DNA of 64,000 bases. Source: a bacterium. GTDB taxonomy: Bacteria; UBA10199; 2-02-FULL-44-16; JAAZCA01. The position numbers and the translations under genes were made by a program. The DNA is taken from positions 384,001 through 448,000 of the forward strand of contig CAXXGI010000001.1 in assembly GCA_963674695.2 (NCBI GenBank), read 5' to 3'. Position 1 is the first letter of the stretch. Every line of letters begins with the position of its first letter. Below the pieces are notes generated by a model. That model was not told the DNA's origin. It ran no database searches and saw only the letters and a program-made list of their open reading frames with translations. Positions 52,715 through 60,797 of this stretch are shown piece after piece.

Positions 52715-55700
52715 TTAAAACGCCGCGCCCAACGTCAGGATGAAGATACCGTCCTTGATGCTCTGACCGAAGATCGGGTCGGTGAGCGCCGCGACGCGAC
52801 CGCGGTTGAGGACGATGATGGCATAGCCGATGCGACCGTGGATGGGAAGGCCATGGCCGACGATGAAGTTCCCGCGCAGCTCGGCGCCGACGCCGAGCAG
52901 AAATTCGTCGAAGAAGGTGTTCAAGGAATCGCAGCCACCCTCATGCGCATTCCAGGCGTTGCCGTAATCGGCAAAGACCGCCGCGCTGATGTCCTTCAAG
53001 AAGAACGGCGCGGTGCCGAGACCGAATTGCGGCTCGACGAGCGGAAAGCGATACTCGCCCGAGAAGAGCATGGCACGTGTCCGCGAGAGCGCTGATACCG
53101 GAAGGCCGCGCAGGGGAAAGTAATTGTAGGTTCCGCCGCCGCCGAAGTTCCCCTCGCCGAGCGCACCACCCATACCGAAGGTTCCCTGCACGAGTCGATC
53201 GCCCCAGGTCATACCGCCGGCAGCGCGAAGGGCAAAGACCGTCATCCAGGGGAGTTTGATGAATTCGCGCCAGTCGCCGGAGAAGATCACCTGCTCGTTG
53301 CGATCGCCGGAACCAAAGTATTTATTCTGGACGATCGTCGTGAGCCGAATATCGCGCCCGTTCTCGCGGCTGATCGACGCGGGATACCGCTCGGTGTCGC
53401 GATAGTTGTACTTGAAACGAAGACCGGCGAAGTGACCGAGGTTGAGCACCGCTCGCTCCGCCGCCGTGAGCTTGGTCTTCGGCATGTGGTCTTCGAAGAA
53501 GTAGGCGACCTGGAAGCCGTGACTCCCCCAGGGGACACCCACCGAGGCCGCGACCGCGCGACGTTTTTCATAGAAGTGAACGGTGCGCGAGAGCGTCGGG
53601 GTCACAGAATTGACAAACGAGATCATACCGAAATCGACGGCGTAGTCGGCCAGAATCACGCTGAAGACCGGCCGATACCGGCTGTACCAGTATTGCAAGC
53701 TGTAGCCGAGATGCCGCGCATCGACGCGATAGTTGAGCGAGGCCAGCCAGTTGTGCCAACGCAGCACATCCGCACCGCCGGTCATGATCGAAGCGAAGAC
53801 CGTGTCACTCGTATAGGCGACGTTGGGCAGAACAAAGCGCGGAAGGAAGAGCGACTGCCCGAAGGCGACGTACTTCTCGACCGGATACTTCTTGAATCCC
53901 GTCGCTCCGAGCGAGGCCGTGCCGATTCCTGCCGGATCGGGGACGCCCTTTCCGCCCCCCGTCGGGCGACTGTCGTCGCCGAGCTGAAAGTGCTTCGGAT
54001 AGGTACTGCCGGAGCCACCGTAGAGACCGAGGCCCGCATCGCCGACCGCCTTGCCCTTGCATCGCTCAAGATCATGATCGGCCGGGCGCACCCAGGTCCC
54101 AAAGCGCGCGATGACGAGACCATCCGGGGTATAGTATTCGCCCACAATCCCCGCGCCGACGGCCGTCGTCGGCTGGAAGGCACCGCTCACGACGTTCGTG
54201 ATACGGCAGGGCTTGCGCTCGCCGTGCGCGGAGACGCGATAGAAGTTGGAGATCCCCGTCTCGTCCGAGGAGTAGATGACGTCATTGCCATCCGGCGCCC
54301 AGACCGGATGGGCCTCGATGACGAGCCCGCGCGTCTTCGTCAACCGAACGGGATTGGTGCCATCGATATTGAGGCGGTAGATGCGCCAACCGTGGTCCGG
54401 CTGCCACATGGAAACGACGATGAAGCGTCCGCAGGGAGAGACGCGCGGATTAGCAAACTGCGTATGCGGCGCCACGTTCGGCGTGAGCAGGGTCACATCG
54501 CGCGTCTTGACATCGATGCGATTCAGGGTGTCGGTACTGCCATCCCCCTTCACGAAGATGAGGTTCTTCCCATCCGGCGTAAAATCCGGATCGCGCGCGC
54601 GCTGCCCAACGGTGAGGCGCCGAAAACGCTGCTTACGCTTTTTCGCATCGCGGTCATAGATCCAGAGGTCGTAGAACTTATAATAGCGTTTATACCCGCC
54701 CATCTTGGAGTAGGCGATTGTGCGCCCATCCGGACTGAAGGAGAACTGGTTCGCCGCAACCTTCTTCTTGATGCGTTCATCCTCGCCCGTCTCGATATTG
54801 TAGAGGTGCATCTCCGGCGGACCGAAGGGCGATGTCTGCGTATAGACGAGCTCGCGTCCATCGCGCGAGAGCGTCGGCGACCAATACCGCCGCTGCTCCT
54901 TCACCGGCACGAGCGTCTCAGCGGGGGTAACGCCCTCGGCGGTGAGCGCCGCATCGACAGCGGCAAACCGTTTCAGGAGGTGCCGCTTCCACTCCATCCA
55001 GAGTTCGTAGAAGGTCTTGCCGTAGACCTGGCGCGCCTGATGATTGATCATGGCCAGCATGATCGAGCGACGCACGCGCCCATCGAACTCCATGAAGCGA
55101 TCTTCGCCATAGGTGCTGATCAACCACTCGACGAATTCGATGCCATAGAGGTAGGCCGCGGCGTATCCGGGCCATTTCCAACTCAGGCCGTCGGCGAAAC
55201 TGATCGGGGGAAAACTATCCGAGAGGATCGCGGTGCGAATGGCCATCTCGCTGTAGGAGCCGCGCCCGCGCCCGCCCTTGGTGAAGACCGTCTCATCCCA
55301 CTGGGCGATTCCCTCGCGCAACCAGGTCGGGCTGATCCCGGAAGGGCTCACGGTCTTACCCAGGAGCACGCGCACCGGCCACCAGATGCCACCGAAGGCG
55401 TCGATCTGGACGATGTGCGTAAATTCGTGGACGAGCAACATCCGCAGCCAGTCATCATAGTGCGCCAGCGACGAATCGGGACTGGGCGGTACGGTATAGA
55501 TGATCATCCAGTTATACGGGAGCACGGCCGCCATGCCGTTGGAATCGTCGGTGCGATCGGTCAGGACCACCTCGGTGTAGCTCCAGGGCTTGCGCCCCCA
55601 CTTCTCAGTAACCAGGGGGAAGACCTCTTCGAGGATGTTGGCGGATTTCTGGGCGATAGGCTCAATCCGCTCGGGAAAGCGGATGCGAAAGTGCGGCGTC

Positions 55701-55837
55701 TTGATCGTCTTCCAATCGACCGACGGATCGAACGACGCCGCGCGCACCGGCGCCGCGGCCAGAAGCACCGCAACCACCGAAAAAACAAGCAGAAATGTCC
55801 GGAGCAACCCCCGAGCGCAATGCCACATAGCGCGCAT
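52715..55837 (-). CDS. Omp85/BamA-TamA family protein with N-terminal HExxH metallopeptidase-like domain and PD40 propeller
   Basis: HEFTH...WLREGIA, PD40 repeats (FSFSPDG, PDFTPDG, PVWAPDG), barrel motifs FPLRG, EYRFPL, FADYGNAW, GVGAELR, terminal Phe. Confidence 0.88.
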   Translation of the reverse strand: MRAMWHCARGLLRTFLLVFSVVAVLLAAAPVRAASFDPSVDWKTIKTPHFRIRFPERIEPIAQKSANILEEVFPLVTEKWGRKPWSYTEVVLTDRTDDSNGMAAVLPYNWMIIYTVPPSPDSSLAHYDDWLRMLLVHEFTHIVQIDAFGGIWWPVRVLLGKTVSPSGISPTWLREGIAQWDETVFTKGGRGRGSYSEMAIRTAILSDSFPPISFADGLSWKWPGYAAAYLYGIEFVEWLISTYGEDRFMEFDGRVRRSIMLAMINHQARQVYGKTFYELWMEWKRHLLKRFAAVDAALTAEGVTPAETLVPVKEQRRYWSPTLSRDGRELVYTQTSPFGPPEMHLYNIETGEDERIKKKVAANQFSFSPDGRTIAYSKMGGYKRYYKFYDLWIYDRDAKKRKQRFRRLTVGQRARDPDFTPDGKNLIFVKGDGSTDTLNRIDVKTRDVTLLTPNVAPHTQFANPRVSPCGRFIVVSMWQPDHGWRIYRLNIDGTNPVRLTKTRGLVIEAHPVWAPDGNDVIYSSDETGISNFYRVSAHGERKPCRITNVVSGAFQPTTAVGAGIVGEYYTPDGLVIARFGTWVRPADHDLERCKGKAVGDAGLGLYGGSGSTYPKHFQLGDDSRPTGGGKGVPDPAGIGTASLGATGFKKYPVEKYVAFGQSLFLPRFVLPNVAYTSDTVFASIMTGGADVLRWHNWLASLNYRVDARHLGYSLQYWYSRYRPVFSVILADYAVDFGMISFVNSVTPTLSRTVHFYEKRRAVAASVGVPWGSHGFQVAYFFEDHMPKTKLTAAERAVLNLGHFAGLRFKYNYRDTERYPASISRENGRDIRLTTIVQNKYFGSGDRNEQVIFSGDWREFIKLPWMTVFALRAAGGMTWGDRLVQGTFGMGGALGEGNFGGGGTYNYFPLRGLPVSALSRTRAMLFSGEYRFPLVEPQFGLGTAPFFLKDISAAVFADYGNAWNAHEGGCDSLNTFFDEFLLGVGAELRGNFIVGHGLPIHGRIGYAIIVLNRGRVAALTDPIFGQSIKDGIFILTLGAAF

Positions 55838-55896
55838 AAACTATCGGAATTCATCACGAATCACAACTTCTTTTGTGTGGCAAGGCAGACGCCCCT

Positions 55897-56140
55897 TCGT
55901 CACTGCGCTGAAGCATCCTTCCCTTCGTCGTAGGGCGCGCTTCGCTCGCTACCCCTTGCACACAATCCGTTGTCTTCATCGGTATTGAGGATCCTCCTCC
56001 GTCGGCTCTCAATACCGTGAAGCCAATCGGATTTTGTGCTTCGGGATACGCTCGTCTCGCAAACGCGCCTTTATACTCCTCCGGGAAGGATGCTTCAGCG
56101 CAGTGACGACGAGAGATCCCCTCCAAACACACTGTCGGAC
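55897..56140. repeat. Nested-hairpin element; core shared with 49893-50254 in reverse orientation, different arms
   Basis: 27-bp perfect arms tcgtcactgcgctgaagcatccttccc / gggaaggatgcttcagcgcagtgacga around a core nearly identical to ~49986-50150. Confidence 0.88.
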
Positions 56141-56182
56141 TTTTATCTCACCACTCGGCCTTCCCGACGACGTGTTTTTCGA

Positions 56183-56875
56183 TTATTCTTTCATCGCCCA
56201 TCGGGCGGTGGCTTTGGCGTGGATGCGCGTCGTGTCGAAGAGCGGGATCGAGACGTGTTGTTGTTGGATGAGGAGCGGAATTTCGGTGCACCCGAGGATG
56301 AGCCCTTCGGCGCCGCGCCCGACCAGGCCTTCGATGATGTGCATGAATGAATCGCGCGAACGCTCGACGATTCTGCCGTGCACGAGTTCCTCGAAGATCA
56401 CCTTGTGGACGAACTGTCGTTCCTCCTCCTCGGGGATCATGATTTCAATGCCGTGCGATTGCATGGACTCCTGATAGAATCCATCCTCCATCGTGAAGGC
56501 GGTCCCCAGGAGGGCAATCCGTTTGAGCTTCTGCTTCGTAATCGCCGCAGCGGTCGCCTCGACGATATGCAGGAGGGAAATGTCGACCGCATCTTCAACC
56601 GTTCGCGCCACTTTGTGCAGGCTGTTCGAACCGATCACGAGGAGATCGGCCCCGCCCGCTTCCAGCCGCTTCGCCTCGACGATCAACTGACGCGCAATCT
56701 CGTCCCAATTTCCCGCCACCGCCAGCGCCACCAACGGATCGAAGTCGACGCTCGACAGCAGCAGGGGCGCCGAATGATGGCCGCCTTTCACTTCGGCGAC
56801 GACTTCATTGATGATGCGATAATAATCGATCGTCGACTGCCAACCCACTCCACCGATCATGCCGATCCGTTTCAT
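56183..56875 (-). CDS. Aspartate/glutamate racemase family (YgeA/RacX-like)
   Basis: Motifs IGMIGGVGWQST..YY, LLGTAFTME, ILGCTEIP; GAGG RBS before ATG 56875. Confidence 0.92.
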   Translation of the reverse strand: MKRIGMIGGVGWQSTIDYYRIINEVVAEVKGGHHSAPLLLSSVDFDPLVALAVAGNWDEIARQLIVEAKRLEAGGADLLVIGSNSLHKVARTVEDAVDISLLHIVEATAAAITKQKLKRIALLGTAFTMEDGFYQESMQSHGIEIMIPEEEERQFVHKVIFEELVHGRIVERSRDSFMHIIEGLVGRGAEGLILGCTEIPLLIQQQHVSIPLFDTTRIHAKATARWAMKE

Positions 56876-56900
56876 ATCGCCTCCCCTCTCGAAGACATCA

Positions 56901-57205
56901 TCCGGCAGTGTGAGCGGAGGGGATATCTTCTGATCATGATCCAACCGGGTAAAATATTTTGTATGTGCGCCTCGTGGAGAGAACCGTTTTGGCCTGCGAA
57001 GACCCGCTGGTTGAGATCGGAGATCTCAATTCCGAGTGCTGTCTGAGCCCGCCAAAAATATGATGCGCTCTTATTCCGCTGGCGGGCGAGTTCACGAGGA
57101 AAAGCGGGTCGAGTCAGATGCCAAAACGTGTGAACGGAGCGGAAGCGCACATACAAGATATTTTACCCGGTTGGATCATGACATCCCCTCCAAACACACT
57201 GCCGA
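56901..57205. repeat. Nested-hairpin element; arms shared with 49893-50254, different core
   Basis: tccggcagtgtg...atgatccaaccgggtaaaatattttgtatgtgcgc / gcgcacatacaagatattttacccggttggatcat...cacactgccga. Confidence 0.85.
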
Positions 57206-57289
57206 ACTTTTGTCTCACCACTCGGCCTTACCGACGACGTGTTTTTCAATCACCTCTCCATCGCCACATCGTTCCACGAGGAGGACTTC

Positions 57290-59386
57290 TCATAGGATCA
57301 ATCGGCCGACCTGGTTGACGAGGAGGACGACGAGGTAGGCGAGTGCGGTGAGGCCGAAGAATTGCAGGAGCGCCCAGCGAATGCTGCCGGACTCGCGCCA
57401 GGTGACCGCGACGGTCGCCATGCAGGGGGTGGCGATGAGGCAGAAGAGGATGACGCAGAGACCGGTGAGCGGCGTATAGCGCCGCTGCAGACGTCTGATG
57501 AGCGAGCCCCGATCGGTATCGGCATCACCGATAGAAAAGATAATGGAGAGTTGCGAGACGAAGACCTCCTTGGCGGCGAACGCCCCGAGAAGCGCGGTGT
57601 TGATCCGCCAATCGAATCCCAGGGGCTTTGTCACGACCTCCATCGCGTGCCCGACGCGCCCGGCGATGGAATAGCGCAGGTCCTCCGCGGCGTGTGCACG
57701 CGCGATCGCCTGCGGCATAGCCCGTCCGCCCCCCTCCACCCACTCGTCCATCGTGTATGTCTTCGGTTTTGGGAACGACGTGAACACCCACATGATGATC
57801 GAGATCAGAAGAATCACCGTTCCGGCCTTGCGCAGATACATCCAGGACCGCTGCCACATATGCAGAACAATCCCCTTGAGCGTCGGCATGCGATACGGCG
57901 GCAGCTCCATGACAAACGGCGTGGACTCGCCGCGCAGGAGTGTGGAGCGCAGGAGACGCACGACGAGCACCGCGAGCAAAACGCCCGTGAGGTAGATCAG
58001 CCAGAGCACGCGCGCGCGCCACACCTCCGGAAAGAACGCGGGGATGAAGAGGGCATAGATGGGGAGCCTCGCGCCGCAACTCATGAGCGGGATGACCATC
58101 ATCGTGGCGAGCCGATCGCGCCGATTTTCGAGCGTACGCGTGGCCATGATGGCCGGGACCGAACAGCCGAATCCCACGAGCATCGGGATGAAGGATTTCC
58201 CGTGCAGGCCGATGCGGTGCATGAGCCGATCCATGATGAAGGCGACGCGCGCCATGTAACCGGTGTCCTCGAGAAGCGCGATGCCGAGAAAGAGCAGAAC
58301 GATGTTGGGCAGAAAGATCACCACGCCGCCGACGCCGCCGATGACGCCGTCGATGACGAGCGACTTGAGCGGGCCGTCCGGCCAATGGGTGCTCAAGAAA
58401 GAGGCCAACCACCCGAAACCCGAGTCGAGCCACTCCATCGGCGCCTGGCCGAGCGTAAAGGTCATCCAAAAGACGAGGTACATGAAGCCGAGAAAGATCG
58501 GAATGCCGAGCATGCGATGGGTGAGCAGATCGTCGATCCGATCGGAGAGCCAGCGGCGCGTGTTGGCCTCCTGCCGCAGGATCTCGCGATAGAGCCCTGC
58601 CGCGAACCCATACTGCCGCTCGGCGATGAAGACCGCGAGCGCGTCGCCATGGTGCCCCTCCATCCGACGGCGCAGCTGCGCGGAAAAAGAAAGGATGCGC
58701 ATCGACTGCGCGGGAAAGCGCTTGCGCACGAGGTGCTTGATCTCCTCATCCTCTTCGAGCAACCGGATGGCCGCCCACCGATCCTCATAGGGCGCGAGCT
58801 TTCCCGCACCGGCCGCGCGCAGGCGCGCCTCCATATCGTCGATGAGCCCGCCGAGTTCATCGCCATAATCCAGATCGATCTGGGAAGCGGGTTTTTGCGC
58901 CGCACGCCCAATGGCATTTTTGAGTTCATGCAGACCGACGCCCTTGCTGCCGACGGTCTCGACGACCTCGCAGCCGAGCCGCTCGGCGAGGATGTCCAGA
59001 TCCAAGACCTGACCGGCCGCGCGCGCGCGATCGGTCATGTTGAGGACGAGCACCAGGCGCACGCCTATCTCCACGAGCTGCGCGACGAGATAGGCATGGC
59101 GCTCGAAGTTGGTGGCATCGATCACATCGACGACGACATCGGGCCGCTCCTGGATGAGAAAGTCGCGCGCCACGCGTTCGTCGAGCGAGGCCGCCGAAAG
59201 GCTATAGGTGCCGGGCAGGTCGACGACGTTCACTTCCACACCCTTGTGGGTATACTCCCCTTCCTTTTTTTCCACCGTCACGCCCGAATAGTTTCCGACG
59301 TGCTGATGCGTTCCGGTCAGCGCGTTGAAGATGGTGGTCTTGCCCGAGTTTGGATTTCCCGCGATGGCGACGGTGAGGTGATTCAT
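57290..59386 (-). CDS. feoB: Ferrous iron transporter B
   Basis: GTPase motifs GNPNSGKTT, VGNYSGVTVE, DLPGTYSL; membrane motifs GFGCSVPA and FVMELPPY. Confidence 0.96.
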   Translation of the reverse strand: MNHLTVAIAGNPNSGKTTIFNALTGTHQHVGNYSGVTVEKKEGEYTHKGVEVNVVDLPGTYSLSAASLDERVARDFLIQERPDVVVDVIDATNFERHAYLVAQLVEIGVRLVLVLNMTDRARAAGQVLDLDILAERLGCEVVETVGSKGVGLHELKNAIGRAAQKPASQIDLDYGDELGGLIDDMEARLRAAGAGKLAPYEDRWAAIRLLEEDEEIKHLVRKRFPAQSMRILSFSAQLRRRMEGHHGDALAVFIAERQYGFAAGLYREILRQEANTRRWLSDRIDDLLTHRMLGIPIFLGFMYLVFWMTFTLGQAPMEWLDSGFGWLASFLSTHWPDGPLKSLVIDGVIGGVGGVVIFLPNIVLLFLGIALLEDTGYMARVAFIMDRLMHRIGLHGKSFIPMLVGFGCSVPAIMATRTLENRRDRLATMMVIPLMSCGARLPIYALFIPAFFPEVWRARVLWLIYLTGVLLAVLVVRLLRSTLLRGESTPFVMELPPYRMPTLKGIVLHMWQRSWMYLRKAGTVILLISIIMWVFTSFPKPKTYTMDEWVEGGGRAMPQAIARAHAAEDLRYSIAGRVGHAMEVVTKPLGFDWRINTALLGAFAAKEVFVSQLSIIFSIGDADTDRGSLIRRLQRRYTPLTGLCVILFCLIATPCMATVAVTWRESGSIRWALLQFFGLTALAYLVVLLVNQVGRLIL

Positions 59387-60066
59387 GCGCCCCCTTCAAC
59401 CGGTTCGACGGCGATGGTGGCGGCCTCCTTCTTCCGAAGGGAGACGCTCGCCCCCTTGATGCGAATCTCGAGGGGATCGCCGAAGGGCGCGGCGCGCTGA
59501 ACGGATACCTCAGCACCGCAGACGACCCCCATCTCGATGAGTCGGCGACGCAGCCCCCCACACCCCATGATGCCCACCACGCGCACGGTCCGGCCGGGCT
59601 CGACCTCGTCCAGGGTGAGCATCTGTTCGAGGACCCTGGTGCGCCCTCGACCGCGGCCACGGCGATGCCCCCGGCAGGGGATCTCGTCGCACTCCGCGAG
59701 TTCATCCAGATACGCCGACAGCGCCACCACCGTCTTGTCGCTCACCAGGTGTTCGATGGCGCAGGCATCGCGCTCGGCCACCGGCTCATCGATATCGAGC
59801 ACGCCGACGAGCAGGTGTTTGAAGAGCGCATGTCGATTGGCGGTGCGCAGCGCAATCTTGCGTCCTGCAGGGGTAAGCGCAATGGCATTGGAGCGATCGT
59901 GTCGCACCAGGCCCTGTTTTTCCAAACGCTTCATCGCCCCGGTCACCGAAGGCATCGAGACGTTGCGGTGCGCCGCGATATCGCTCACGCGCGCGCCGCC
60001 CCCGAGACCACCGATCTCGATGATCGATTCGAGGTAATCCTCTTGACTGGGGGAGATCTCCGGCAT
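59383..60066 (-). CDS. DtxR/MntR family metal-dependent repressor with C-terminal FeoA domain
   Basis: EDYLESI, VSMPSVTGAMKRL, AERDACAIEH; FeoA motif RRLIEMG...APFGDPL...LRKKEA. Confidence 0.92.
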   Translation of the reverse strand: MPEISPSQEDYLESIIEIGGLGGGARVSDIAAHRNVSMPSVTGAMKRLEKQGLVRHDRSNAIALTPAGRKIALRTANRHALFKHLLVGVLDIDEPVAERDACAIEHLVSDKTVVALSAYLDELAECDEIPCRGHRRGRGRGRTRVLEQMLTLDEVEPGRTVRVVGIMGCGGLRRRLIEMGVVCGAEVSVQRAAPFGDPLEIRIKGASVSLRKKEAATIAVEPVEGGA

Positions 60067-60076
60067 ATGGACTCCA

Positions 60077-60098
60077 TTAGTTAGCCGAGCCTAACTAA
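60077..60098. promoter_or_regulatory. DtxR-type operator palindrome
   Basis: TTAGTTAG-ccgagc-CTAACTAA, just upstream of the dtxR-feoA start; resembles DtxR/IdeR TTAGG...CCTAA boxes. Confidence 0.7.
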
Positions 60099-60140
60099 CG
60101 GAGAAGACCCATTAGGTCAACAGGAAACCGAGGAGAAACG

Positions 60141-60746
60141 ATGACGAAACGCGACCGGACCATCCGCTTTTTTGACGAACGTGCCCACGACTGGGAGAAG
60201 CGGCACACACCGCCCTCCCCGGAACGTCTCGATGAAGTCGTCGCGCTGGCAAACCTCGCTGCTGAATCGACGGTCGTCGATATCGGCTGCGGCGTGGGGG
60301 TGCTGATCCCAGCACTGCTGGGAGCCATGGGAGATTCGGGACGCATCGTCGCCGTCGACCCCGCCCCGCGCATGATCGAGGGACTCTGCGCCCGCCACCC
60401 CGACCCCCGCATCGAGACACGCGTGGAGACGCTTGAAGAGAACACCATCCCGCAAGAAAGCGCCGATGCGATCATCTGCTTCTCCTGCTTTCCGCACATG
60501 CACGATCAGCAACAGGCAATCGCGAGTGCCGCGCGCATCCTCAAACCCGGGGGTCGCCTCGTCATCGCCCACTTCTCAAGCCGCGCAGAGATCAACGACT
60601 TTCATACCACGGCCCACGCCGAGGTGAGCGCCCACACGCTCCCCGACCGTGCAGAGATGGAGCAGATGATCCGGAACGCGGGACTTGCGCCCACGCATTT
60701 TATCGACGAACCCGGACGCTATGAAATCGTTGCGATCAAACGCTAA
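60141..60746 (+). CDS. Class I SAM-dependent methyltransferase
   Basis: VVDIGCGVG...ILKPGGRLVI. Confidence 0.88.
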   Translation: MTKRDRTIRFFDERAHDWEKRHTPPSPERLDEVVALANLAAESTVVDIGCGVGVLIPALLGAMGDSGRIVAVDPAPRMIEGLCARHPDPRIETRVETLEENTIPQESADAIICFSCFPHMHDQQQAIASAARILKPGGRLVIAHFSSRAEINDFHTTAHAEVSAHTLPDRAEMEQMIRNAGLAPTHFIDEPGRYEIVAIKR

Positions 60747-60775
60747 AAAAAGGCGGAGCCTTTCGGCCCCGCCTC
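60745..60775. terminator. Rho-independent terminator
   Basis: aaaaaaaggcggagcc-tttc-ggccccgcct, between convergent genes. Confidence 0.7.
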
Positions 60776-60797
60776 GCATCCCCCATCCCTTTTCCGA

